32,000 nt of DNA from Gemmata obscuriglobus (GCF_008065095.1 NZ_CP042911.1:3450001-3482000), one strand, 5' to 3'; shown: positions 15,065-24,152, counted from the first letter of the stretch. Translations and numbers: made by a program. The notes: a model not told the origin generated them from the sequence alone.

Positions 15065-15421
15065 GTGGTCAAAAAACATGCGCCCGACGCGCACAAGCCA
15101 TACGCGATCGTGACCGTTGTTCTCCCCGGTCCGGATCGCAAGCGGGCGCCGGCCCCGTACCTGTTCCGTGTGACGTACCGCAACCCGGACCCGAACGAGC
15201 CCGGGTGCCTGATGACGTGGGTGGTCTCTGGCGGGCGCGAGGAGTACCAGATCGCTGCCGAGCGCACCGCCGACGGTTACCTGAACTGGCACTGCACCTG
15301 TCCCGATGCGGTGTACCACGGCGAGTACCGCCACGCGTACTGCTGCAAGCACGTTCATGGACTTCAGGCGTTGTTTGAAACAATCGGAAACCCAGTCCGG
15401 TCCGAACGGGGCGTGGCGTAA
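15065..15421 (+). CDS. Stand-alone SWIM zinc-finger protein
   Basis: GTG at 15065, 7 nt after GGAGG. CxC-x(n)-CxH signature: WHCTCPDAVYHGEYRHAYCCKHVHGL. 118 aa. Confidence 0.6.
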   Translation: MVKKHAPDAHKPYAIVTVVLPGPDRKRAPAPYLFRVTYRNPDPNEPGCLMTWVVSGGREEYQIAAERTADGYLNWHCTCPDAVYHGEYRHAYCCKHVHGLQALFETIGNPVRSERGVA

Positions 15422-15665
15422 CTACTGCCGACTTCAATCAAGGGCTCTTGTACTCGGGCCGGATGGTTGTGTTTGTGGCGCGAGACAGACATCAATAACC
15501 GGAGTGCGAACGAATGCCGCGCGGGGCCGCGGCACGAAATAATGAGAGACCGATGTGAAGGCGGTGTTTCTCGCGACCGAACGTCCGCCGGTGGGTACAA
15601 CAATGCCACCGCGGCCCGCACCTCTCCCCGAGCCGTTCCCACCACCAAATTCAAGGAACCGGACC

Positions 15666-18524
15666 ATGCGAGGAACCTGCCATTTCCTCCGCCGTTCGGC
15701 TGCGTGCGCCGGGCTGATCGCACTCGCCGGGTTGCTGCACGCCGGGGCTGCCGACACGCCGGCGCCAGAGCCCGTACCTGCCCCGCGGCTGGCGGGGGCA
15801 CCCGCGCCGGCGGAACTGACGCCGCTGAGCCGCGAAGCGTACCTGCTGCCGCCGAAAGAGATTGCCGACGCGGTGCTCGCGTCCCGGGGCGAAATCGTGG
15901 CGCTCACGAACCTGAGCCCCGACGGGCGCAAGTTCCTGGTCGCCAAGCGCGACCCGCTGCCGCCGGTCGAGCGCCTCGGGTGCCCGTGCGTTCACCTCGC
16001 GGAAATGGCGTTCGACCCGGTCGCGTGCCGCTCCCGCGACCTGTGGGTCAACAGCGCGGAGTCGTTCGAACTGTTTTTCCCGGCCGAGAACCGCACGGTG
16101 CCCGTGAGGGCACCAACCGGTGCCCGGGTGGGGAGCCCGGCGTGGTCCCCGGACGGTTCCAAGCTCGCGTTCCTGGCGCTGTTCTCCGACGCTACCCACA
16201 TCTGCGTGGCCGATACCGAGACCGGCGCGTGCCGCCAGATCACCAAGACGCCCGTTCTTGCGACGCTCGTGACCACGCTCCAGTGGGCGTACGACGGGAC
16301 GCGGCTCCAGACGGTGCTGCTGCCCGAGGGGGGCAAGCGCCCCGTACCGAAGCCGGGCGTGGCGGAGAGCCCCAAGGTGCGCGTCGCGCGCGACGGCAAG
16401 GACCCGTCCCGGACCTACCGCTATCTGCTCGAATCCCCGTACCAGATGCAGCTTCTGGAACACTTGCTCACCGGGCAGGTGGCGCTCGTGGGTGTCGCGG
16501 ACGGGGCGGTCACGAACGTCGGCGAGCCGGCGATGGTGCGGAGCGTCAGCGCCGCGCCGGGCGAGGAGGCGTTTCGCGTTTCGACGGTGAAAAAGCCGTT
16601 CTCGTACTACGCCCCGTTCCAGCGGTTCGGCTCGCAGGAGGTCGTGTGGGACGGGCGCGGTAAGTCGCTCGTGACGCTATCCGATCGGAACCTGCGCGAA
16701 GGCGAGCCCCAGCCGGCAGCGCCCCCGCCGACGGCCCCGACCGCCCCGAAAGGCGGGCTCACGAAGGGCGCCGGCGGGAAGGGTGGGGTGCCCGTGCCCG
16801 ATCCGACTCAACCTCCCGCTCCCAACCCGACTCAGCCGGTGCCGACGAACCCCATGAACCCGGACGACCCCGCGCCGGTGGCGCCCGAGCCGTTCGATCC
16901 GGACGCCAAGCGTGACCTGAACTGGCGCCCGGACGGGAAAGGGATGTCGTTCCTGCAACTGGAGCCGACTGCAAAGGACGAGAAGAAGGACGGAAAGAAG
17001 GAAGAGCCCAAAAAGGATGTGAAGAAGGAAGAGGCCAAGAAGGACGACACGAAAACGGTTCGCAAGGACCGCGTGATGCAGTGGCTGCCGCCGTTCGGTA
17101 AGGACGACGCGAAGGTGGTGTACGAGTCGCCGAACCGCATCACCGGGGCGCAGTACTCGGCTGACGGCAAGTGGCTGTTCGTGTCGCAGACGGTCGATTC
17201 GGCGAGGCAAATCACGGCGGTCGATCTGGCCGACTCGAAGAAGAGTTACGTGATTTCGCGCGGCGGAACCGGTTTCGGTGGGCCGAAAAAGGGGGACACG
17301 CCGCCCAAGAAGAACGAGACGGCCGGGGACGAACAGCCGCCGGGGTTCCGCGGCGGTGCGACGTTCGGCGTGGGGCTGCTGTCGCAACCGGTCGCCGGGG
17401 TCAGCGTCGTGCGCGTGTCGAGCGCCGGCGAGGTGTACCTGTCCGGGACGGAGCGCGGGCGCGGCGCCGGGGAGGCGACCCAGCCGCGGCCGTACATCGA
17501 CGCGATCAACATCACGACCGGCAAGAAGACGCGGGTGTTCGAGAGCAAGTCCGACCTGCCCGAAACGATCGACGCGGTGGACGGGAACGACGTCGCCCGC
17601 GTGTACACCACGCGGCAGAACACGAAGGTCGTTCCCAACTGCTTCATGACCGAACTGGCGACCGGCACGGTCACGAAGTTGACCAACAACGTGGACCGCG
17701 CGCCGTGGTTCCACGAACTGAAGACCGAGCGGTTCCGCGTGACGCGGGTGGACGGGTTCAAGTTCTGGGTCAAGGTGACGCTCCCGCCGAAGGCGGAAGG
17801 GAAGCTCCCCGCGCTGTTCTGGATCTACCCGCGCGAGTACACGGATCAAGCGGACTACGACCAGAAGGCCGGCCGCGGTGGCGCTGCGGCCGCCGGTCCG
17901 GGGCGGTTCACCGGCCCGACCCCGCGCCACGTCGCGATTCTGACGCTGGCCGGGTACGCCGTCGTGGAGCCCGACGTGCCGATCGTGGGGCCGGCCGGGA
18001 AGATGAACGACAACTACGTCTCGGACCTGCGGAACGGCCTCTGGGCCGCCATCGACGAGTGCGACCGGCGCGGGATCATCGACCGCGACCGGCTCGCGTG
18101 CGGGGGGCACAGTTACGGGGCGTTCAGCACGGCGAACGCGCTGGCGCACACGCCGTTCTTCAAGGCCGGCATCGCGGGCGACGGGTGCTACAACCGCACG
18201 CTCACCAGCATGACGTTCCAGAGCGAGCGGCGGCAACTGTGGGACGCCCGCGAGACATACCTGGAGATGTCCCCGCTGCTCCGCGCCAACCAGATCAACG
18301 GCGCGCTGCTGATGTACCACGGGATGGAGGACGCGAACGTGGGCACGCACCCGATGAACTCGGAGGGACTGTTCGCCGCCCTCGACGGGCTGGGCAAGCC
18401 GGCCGCGTTGTACATGTACCCTTACGAGGGGCACGGGCCGATCAGCCGCGAAACCAACCTCGACCTCTGGGCGCGGTGGATCGCGTGGCTCGACACGTAC
18501 GTCAAGAACCCGAAGAAGAAGTAA
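15666..18524 (+). CDS. S9-family serine peptidase (prolyl oligopeptidase / dipeptidyl-peptidase type) with an N-terminal beta-propeller
   Basis: Track ORF 15555..18524. Met38 (ATG at 15666) gives the signal peptide MRGTCHFLRRSAACAGLIALAGLLHAGAA. PD40-like repeats (SPDGRKFLV, SPAWSPDGSKLAFL, YSADGKWLFV). Catalytic triad contexts: GGHSYGAF, HGMEDANV, YEGHGP. Confidence 0.85.
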   Translation: MRGTCHFLRRSAACAGLIALAGLLHAGAADTPAPEPVPAPRLAGAPAPAELTPLSREAYLLPPKEIADAVLASRGEIVALTNLSPDGRKFLVAKRDPLPPVERLGCPCVHLAEMAFDPVACRSRDLWVNSAESFELFFPAENRTVPVRAPTGARVGSPAWSPDGSKLAFLALFSDATHICVADTETGACRQITKTPVLATLVTTLQWAYDGTRLQTVLLPEGGKRPVPKPGVAESPKVRVARDGKDPSRTYRYLLESPYQMQLLEHLLTGQVALVGVADGAVTNVGEPAMVRSVSAAPGEEAFRVSTVKKPFSYYAPFQRFGSQEVVWDGRGKSLVTLSDRNLREGEPQPAAPPPTAPTAPKGGLTKGAGGKGGVPVPDPTQPPAPNPTQPVPTNPMNPDDPAPVAPEPFDPDAKRDLNWRPDGKGMSFLQLEPTAKDEKKDGKKEEPKKDVKKEEAKKDDTKTVRKDRVMQWLPPFGKDDAKVVYESPNRITGAQYSADGKWLFVSQTVDSARQITAVDLADSKKSYVISRGGTGFGGPKKGDTPPKKNETAGDEQPPGFRGGATFGVGLLSQPVAGVSVVRVSSAGEVYLSGTERGRGAGEATQPRPYIDAINITTGKKTRVFESKSDLPETIDAVDGNDVARVYTTRQNTKVVPNCFMTELATGTVTKLTNNVDRAPWFHELKTERFRVTRVDGFKFWVKVTLPPKAEGKLPALFWIYPREYTDQADYDQKAGRGGAAAAGPGRFTGPTPRHVAILTLAGYAVVEPDVPIVGPAGKMNDNYVSDLRNGLWAAIDECDRRGIIDRDRLACGGHSYGAFSTANALAHTPFFKAGIAGDGCYNRTLTSMTFQSERRQLWDARETYLEMSPLLRANQINGALLMYHGMEDANVGTHPMNSEGLFAALDGLGKPAALYMYPYEGHGPISRETNLDLWARWIAWLDTYVKNPKKK

Positions 18525-18559
18525 AGGAGCAGAAGGACTCACCAACGAGGCACAACGTA

Positions 18560-18700
18560 AACACAAAGGCGCACGAAGAGAAGTGGCACCTTCTTGTCGG
18601 GAACGGCAGTAACGCGAAGCCGCGGATGCGGGGCGTTAACGAGCATTCTGTACTCGAAACGTGGCACCTGATTCCCGTTTTCTTCGTGTTCCTTTGTGTT
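18560..18700 (+). ncRNA. Candidate structured RNA or cis-regulatory leader (unclassified)
   Basis: AT-richer island between the S9 and M14 genes. 23-nt arms 18560-18582 and 18678-18700 pair with 1 mismatch and 2 G-U pairs when read on the + strand (3 mismatches on the - strand). A second perfect stem pairs 18598-18603 with 18672-18677. An inner hairpin pairs 18610-18615 with 18633-18638 and is capped by ccgc-ggat-gcgg (18620-18631). No credible ORF is present. Confidence 0.25.
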
Positions 18701-18805
18701 GACTGTTCTCCCGCACGCGGGGCTTCTTCGTGGTGAGTGCTCTGTATTCTGTCCACCGGTCACTCGCAACCCCTGCCATCACTTCGCACACCGCCGAGAC
18801 TCCTT

Positions 18806-21547
18806 ATGCGTCGAATCGTCGCTCTCGCACTCGTGCTGAGCGGGACGGTGTTCCTGTCCCCGCACGAGGCGCTGCGGTCCGCCGAACCGAAGCCGGCGCC
18901 GAAGGTCACCACCCCGAAGGCGCACTTCGGTTTCAACCTGGGTGACGACTACTGTCTGGCCAACTACGAGCAGTACGCCGCGTACCTCGCGAAGCTCGAA
19001 AAAGAGTCCGACCGCATCAAGGTGGTGGAGATCGGCAAGACGGCCGAGAAGCGCCCGCAACTGATGGCGGTGGTCACCGCACCGGCGAACCACAAGCTGC
19101 TCGCGCGCTACCAGGCCGTCGCGAAACAACTCGCGAACGCCGATGGGGTCACGCCCGAAGCCGCGAAGCGGCTCGCGGCCGAAGGCAAGGCGGTGGTGTG
19201 GATCGACGGCGGTCTGCACGCGAGCGAGACCCTGTGCGCGCAGGCGCTGGCCGAAACGATCTACCAGTTCGTGAGCGCGACCGACGCCGAATCGCTCCGC
19301 ATCCTCGACGACGTCATCATCCTGTTCGTCCACGCGAACCCGGACGGGCACGACCTCGTCGCGGACTGGTACATGCGCGAGAAGGAGCCCAAGAAGCGCT
19401 CGCTGGGCGGGCTCCCGCGGCTGTACCAGAAGTACATCGGCCACGACAACAACCGCGACTTCTACGCCAACACGCAGGCCGAGACGCGGAACATGAACCG
19501 CGTCATGTACCGCGAGTGGTTGCCGCAAATCGTGTATAACCACCACCAGACCGGCCCGCCCGGAACGGTGCTGTTTTGCCCGCCGTTCCGCGACCCGTTC
19601 AACTACAACTTCGACCCGCTCGTCGTCAGCGGGATCGACGCCGTCGGCGCAGCGATGATGCAGCGGTTCCTCGCGGAGGACAAGCCCGGCGCCACCACGC
19701 GGTCCGGCGCCCGCTACTCCACGTGGTTCAACGGCGGCCTCCGCACCACCGCGTACTTCCACAACATGATCGGGCTGCTCACGGAGACGATCGGCAGCCC
19801 CACGCCGTCGCGCATCCCCTTCAACCCGGCGCTCCAGCTCCCCCGGGCCGACCTGCTCGCCCCCGTCGCGCCGCAAGAGTGGCACTTCCGGCAGTCGGTC
19901 GACTACTCGGTGACCGCGAACCGGGCGGTACTCGACTACGCCTCCCGGCACCGCGAGCAGCTCCTGTACAACATCTGGCTGATGGGCAAGAACGCGATCG
20001 ACCGCGGCGGCAAGGACAGTTGGACGGTGACGCCGAAGGTGGTGACGGCGGCGAAGGGCGGCCGCGGCGCGGACGCGTTCCAGAAGTTCTTCCGTGACCC
20101 CGCGAAGCGCGACGCCCGCGCGTACATCCTGCCGTCCGACCAGCCGGACTTCCTCACCGCGACCAAGTTCGTGAACACGCTCATCGGTACCGGCGTGACG
20201 GTCCACCGCGCGACCGACGGGTTCACCGTCGGCGGGAAGAAGTACCGGGCCGGTTCCTACGTTGTGAAATCGGCCCAGGCGTTCCGCGCGCACGTGCTCG
20301 ACATGTTCGAGCCGCAGGACCACCCGGACGATTTCGCGTACCCGGGCGCGCCGCCGACCCCGCCCTACGACGCCGCCGGGTACACGCTGGCGTTCCAGAT
20401 GGGCGTTCAGTTCGACCGCGCTCTGGACGCGGTGAGCGGGCCGTTCGAGGAACTGAAGGGCGAAGTGCCTCCGCCCCCGGGACAGGTGCTCGACGCGGAC
20501 GGGGCGGTCGGGTTCTTCCTGCACCCGCGGACCAACGACGCGTTCCGCGCGGTGAACCAGTTGCTCGCCGCGGGGGAGGAGGTGCGGCGGCTCACGAAGC
20601 CGGCCGCGGTCGGCGGCGCGAAGCACCCGGCCGGCATGTTCTTCGTAACTAAGAAAGCGGGCACGCAGAAGCGACTGGAAACGATCGCGACGGCACTGGG
20701 AACCCGGTTCGTGGGCAGTCCGGAGGCCCCCGGGCGCGAGGCCGCGGCCCTCAAACCGGCGCGGATCGCGCTGGTGGACCGCTACGGCGGGTCGATGCCG
20801 TCCGGGTGGACCCGGTGGCTGTTCGAGCAGTTCGAGTACCCGTTTACCGTGGTCTACCCGCCGGACCTGGATCGCGGCAAACTGCGCGAGCAGTTCGACG
20901 TGATTGTGCTCGTGGACGGCATGGGCGGGTCACGCGGCGGTGGCGGCGGGGGCGGGGACCAGCCGCCGGAATCGAACGTGGTGGACGAACTGGGACTGCC
21001 CGCCGAGTTCCGCGGCCGTCGCGGCAGCATCACCGCGACCAAGACGGTGCCCGAACTGAAGAAGTTCGTTGCCGCCGGGGGTACGCTCCTCACGATCGGT
21101 AGCTCGACCGCGTTGGCCGGTCAACTCGGCGTGAAGGTCGAGAACCACTTGGTCGAGAAGGGCGCCGACGGTAAGGAGAAGCCGCTCGGGCGCGACAAGT
21201 TCTACGTCCCGCCGTCCGTGCTGCGGATGAAGGTCGATCCGGCGCACCCGCTCGCGTGGGGCATGGGAGATGAGACCGACGTGATGTTCGCGAACAGCCC
21301 GACGTTCCGCGCCCCGGCGAACGGGTCGGGGGTGGAGCGCGTGGGATGGTTCGCGGGCAAGACGCCCCTGCGGAGCGGCTGGGCGTTCGGGCAGGAGCAC
21401 CTCGACGGCGGGGTTGCAGTGCTGGACGCCGCCGTCGGTAAGGGGCGGGTCGTGGCGTATGGTTCACAGGTGTTGTACCGGGCGCAGCCTCACGCCACGT
21501 TCAAGCTGGTGTTCAACGCGATTTGCCGCGCCGGTGCGGGTGACTGA
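18806..21547 (+). CDS. M14-family zinc carboxypeptidase-like protein with a long C-terminal extension
   Basis: Track ORF 18737..21547. ATG at 18806 gives the signal peptide MRRIVALALVLSGTVFLSP. M14 motifs: WIDGGLHASE (HxxE), VHANPDGHDL, YIGHDNNRDF. Confidence 0.85.
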   Translation: MRRIVALALVLSGTVFLSPHEALRSAEPKPAPKVTTPKAHFGFNLGDDYCLANYEQYAAYLAKLEKESDRIKVVEIGKTAEKRPQLMAVVTAPANHKLLARYQAVAKQLANADGVTPEAAKRLAAEGKAVVWIDGGLHASETLCAQALAETIYQFVSATDAESLRILDDVIILFVHANPDGHDLVADWYMREKEPKKRSLGGLPRLYQKYIGHDNNRDFYANTQAETRNMNRVMYREWLPQIVYNHHQTGPPGTVLFCPPFRDPFNYNFDPLVVSGIDAVGAAMMQRFLAEDKPGATTRSGARYSTWFNGGLRTTAYFHNMIGLLTETIGSPTPSRIPFNPALQLPRADLLAPVAPQEWHFRQSVDYSVTANRAVLDYASRHREQLLYNIWLMGKNAIDRGGKDSWTVTPKVVTAAKGGRGADAFQKFFRDPAKRDARAYILPSDQPDFLTATKFVNTLIGTGVTVHRATDGFTVGGKKYRAGSYVVKSAQAFRAHVLDMFEPQDHPDDFAYPGAPPTPPYDAAGYTLAFQMGVQFDRALDAVSGPFEELKGEVPPPPGQVLDADGAVGFFLHPRTNDAFRAVNQLLAAGEEVRRLTKPAAVGGAKHPAGMFFVTKKAGTQKRLETIATALGTRFVGSPEAPGREAAALKPARIALVDRYGGSMPSGWTRWLFEQFEYPFTVVYPPDLDRGKLREQFDVIVLVDGMGGSRGGGGGGGDQPPESNVVDELGLPAEFRGRRGSITATKTVPELKKFVAAGGTLLTIGSSTALAGQLGVKVENHLVEKGADGKEKPLGRDKFYVPPSVLRMKVDPAHPLAWGMGDETDVMFANSPTFRAPANGSGVERVGWFAGKTPLRSGWAFGQEHLDGGVAVLDAAVGKGRVVAYGSQVLYRAQPHATFKLVFNAICRAGAGD

Positions 21548-21576
21548 GGTTGTGCGAATGTGTCCGGTGTATGTGG

Positions 21577-21628
21577 TCCGCGAGCGGTTGCATTGCGGTC
21601 AGTGCCGAGATTCGTAACCGCTCGCGGA
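21577..21628. repeat. 13-bp perfect inverted repeat built from the CCGCTCGCGG(A) unit; terminator or REP-like
   Basis: 21577-21589 tccgcgagcggtt is the reverse complement of 21616-21628 aaccgctcgcgga, with a 26-nt loop. A third copy of the unit (accgctcgcgga) sits at 21639-21650. Confidence 0.6.
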
Positions 21629-21650
21629 TACCCGGCGCACCGCTCGCGGA

Positions 21651-23180
21651 AAGGCTGTGATTTTCCCGGCGTCTGGTTAATCTATTGGCTCTATAATTGT
21701 CGCAGTGTTGATTCCAGGGGTGCGGGCTGTTGGGACCTTGTGATGGACGCGTTGCCGCGACTGCGAACCCTGGACCGGGCGGCGACGGTGGCGTCGCTAA
21801 CGATTGACGAGTTGGTTTCGGCGGACGACCCGGTGCGGGTGATCTGGAGCGACGTGACGACGCTGAACCTGGATCGGTTCGTAGCCACGATCCGCGCGGT
21901 GGAAGGGCGCCCCGGGCGGAATGCGACGGACCCACGGCTGCTGGTGGCCCTGTGGATGTTCGCCACGGTCGAGGGGGTCGGGTCGGCCCGCCGGTTGGCC
22001 CGGTTGTGCGTGCGGGATGTGGGGTTCCGTTGGTTGTGCGGGGGTGTCACGGTCAACTACCACCTGCTGTCCAACTTCCGCACCCACGCGGGAACCGAAT
22101 TGGAGGCCCTGTTCCACGAGCACGTGGCGATCCGGATGCACGCCGAGTTGGTGCACCTGAAGCGGGTGGCCCAGGACGGGATGCGGGTGCGGGCCCACGC
22201 CGGCGCCGGCTCGTTCCACCGGCTCGAATCGTTGGAGCAATGTCCGCGCGAGGTGGCCGAGCCGCTGCGGTTGCTCCAGGACCAACCGGACCAGCCCAAG
22301 GGGACCGCCGCGTGCCGCTCCCGGGCGGCCCGGGAGCGGCACGCGCGGGAGAAGCTCGAGCGGCTGAAGGTGGCCCAACAGGACGCGGCCGAGTTGGCGC
22401 GCGCGGGCGGCGCGGCTCCGACGGAACCCACCGGCGGCGGCGAAAGCGGCCGCCGACCCGGTACGGTCCGCGCCCCGGGCGTCGTCCACCGACCCCGCGT
22501 GCCGTCGCATGAAGATGCCCGATGGCGGGTACCGGCCGGCGTACAACGTGCCGGCGATGACCACCACCGCCGAGAAGATCATCGTGGCGGTAGACGTGAC
22601 CAATCAAGGAACCGATGGTGGGCTGCTGGGGCCGATGCTGGACCGGGTCGAAGCGACCTACGGGCGGAAGCCGGGTGAGGCGCTGGTGGACGGCGGGTTC
22701 GCGAGCGGGGCCGATGTGGAGCGGGCGGCGCGGAGCGGGGTCACCGTGTTCATGCCCCCGAAAGGGGCCCGAGCGGACCGGTTGGCGGGCCGGGACCCAT
22801 GCGCCCCGAAGCGGAGGGACGGACCCGGGATGAAGGCCCTGCGGGTGCGCATGGGGACCCCGGACGGTCAGGCCATTTACAAGGAGCGGGCGCCGGCCGC
22901 CGAGTGGGTGAACGCCGGCATGCGTAACCGCGGGTTGTACCAGTTCCGTGTCCGCGGGTTGGTCGCGGTGCGAGCCGTGGTGGTGCTCCACGCGCTCGTG
23001 CACAACTTGTTCCAGACCATCCGGCGGTGCGCCCACAAGCACCCGCAGCGACCATGGACGGATACCCTGCGCGAGGCCGCACGAAAAGCAAGCGAACACA
23101 ATCGCGAGCCACAAGGCGTGTGACCCGCGGGGCGGCGAGGGCGCAAGGGAGGGGACGCCGGGGGCAAAAAATCACACCCT
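21651..23180 (+). mobile_element. IS element, IS5/IS1182-superfamily (IS1182-like), about 1.53 kb
   Basis: Terminal inverted repeats: 21652-21673 aggctgtgattttcccggcgtc matches the reverse complement of 23154-23180, agggtgtgattttttgcccccggcgtc. CGGA flanks both ends (21647-21650 and 23181-23184), a candidate 4-bp target duplication. Boundaries are good to about 1-2 nt. It encloses the transposase reading frames. Confidence 0.75.
21743..23123 (+). pseudogene. IS1182-like DDE transposase, reading frame interrupted (needs a +1 shift)
   Basis: The N-terminal part (ATG at 21743) has the InsH-N/DUF772-like GRPGRNATDPRLLVALWMFATVEGVGSARRLARLCVRDVGFRWLCGG. The DDE part is in another frame: SSTDPACRRMKMPDGGYRPAYNV...IIVAVDVTNQGTDGG...ALVDGGFASG (track ORF 22509..23123). 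That frame is open back to a TGA at 22365-22367, so the switch lies within 22368-22490. Confidence 0.75.
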
Positions 23181-23260
23181 CGGAGCGAGCGGACCGCGCT
23201 CAAAACCGAGACGCGCGGCGCGAACTTGAAACGACTGGACTTGAGCGGCGCGGGTTTACG

Positions 23261-24079
23261 TCACTCCCAGACCAGCTTCGCGGCGTCGAAGCACGGGCCG
23301 TCAACGCACACGCGCTTGTAGTCGTCGCCGTCGGGCGTTTTCACCTTCGCCACGCAACTGAAGCAGACCCCGATCCCGCACGCCATCGGGGTTTCCAGCG
23401 ACACCTGACACGGCACGTTCCACCGCGCCGCCAGTTTGGCGAGGGCGTGAAGCATCGGCTCGGGGCCGCACCCGACCAGCGGGCCGGTCGGGCCGTGTGA
23501 TTCGAGCAACTGGGTGACGAAGCCTTTCGTCCCGACGCTGCCGTCGTCCGAGGCGAGGTGCACCTCGACGCCCGCGGCCCGGAAATCTTCGACCCCGGCC
23601 GCCAGTTCGGCACTCCGAACGCCGTAGTAAAGGGCGACCTGTTTGGCCCGCGGCCGTGGCGCATCGCCCCCGAACCCCCGGGCGCCGAGCAGCTCGCGCG
23701 CGAACGCGAGAAACGGCGTCTGTCCGATCCCGCCCGCCACCAGGGTCACTCGGTCGGCCGGCCCCGTGTCGAGGAACGGCTTGCCGAGCGGCCCCCACAC
23801 CTGAAGGGGCTCGCCCGCGTTCACCTCCACGAGCCGCCCCGTCATCTTGCCGACGACGAGGTAAACGACATCGATCGCGACCGGTTGGCCGTTTTCGAGG
23901 ACGGTATCGTAGAGCGCGAACGGGCGCCCCAGGAGCGGGTCGCTGGTGCCGGGCAGCCGGAGCATCACGAACTGCCCGGGGCGAATCGCCGCCGCGATCT
24001 CCGGGGCGCGGAGCCGCACGCGGTAGGTGCGCGCGGCGAGTTTGGTGTGTTCGAGAACCGGCGCTGTTAGGTGAAACAT
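23261..24079 (-). CDS. pyrK: PyrK-like FAD/[2Fe-2S] electron-transfer flavoprotein (dihydroorotate dehydrogenase B electron-transfer subunit family)
   Basis: Track ORF 23261..24175; Met33 (cat at 24077-24079) begins MFHLTAPVLEH. Motifs: RPGQFVMLRLP, GRPFALYD, VTLVAGGIGQTPF, and the C-terminal cluster MACGIGVCFSCV...VCVDGPCF. Confidence 0.8.
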   Translation of the reverse strand: MFHLTAPVLEHTKLAARTYRVRLRAPEIAAAIRPGQFVMLRLPGTSDPLLGRPFALYDTVLENGQPVAIDVVYLVVGKMTGRLVEVNAGEPLQVWGPLGKPFLDTGPADRVTLVAGGIGQTPFLAFARELLGARGFGGDAPRPRAKQVALYYGVRSAELAAGVEDFRAAGVEVHLASDDGSVGTKGFVTQLLESHGPTGPLVGCGPEPMLHALAKLAARWNVPCQVSLETPMACGIGVCFSCVAKVKTPDGDDYKRVCVDGPCFDAAKLVWE

Positions 24080-24152
24080 CAGAGAACCGGGGATGGCCGC
24101 AAAGGAGCACAAAACGCACAGGAGGGGCCGCCGACAACACCGGCGATGGCCC

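Noticed and set aside
16677-18566. 629-aa minus-strand ORF antisense to the S9 peptidase (similar cases: 8924..10066, 12739..13818, 18779..20626, 26872..28245, 29226..30473)
   Set aside because: All lie opposite genes that have clear catalytic motifs. All are Arg/Pro/Gly-rich with no recognisable domain. They are treated as GC-driven artefacts.
18583-18680. Two TGGCAC motifs (18584-18589, 18662-18667) as possible sigma-54 -24 elements
   Set aside because: At the required spacing, the -12 positions read TGTC and TCCC instead of TTGC, so the conserved GC is missing. The motifs are kept only as a direct repeat within the structured element.
22368-22490. Programmed ribosomal frameshift in the IS1182-like transposase
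   Set aside because: The required shift is +1 rather than the -1 used by IS1/IS3-type elements. No slippery heptamer or downstream pseudoknot-like structure was evident. Members of this family normally encode a single ORF.
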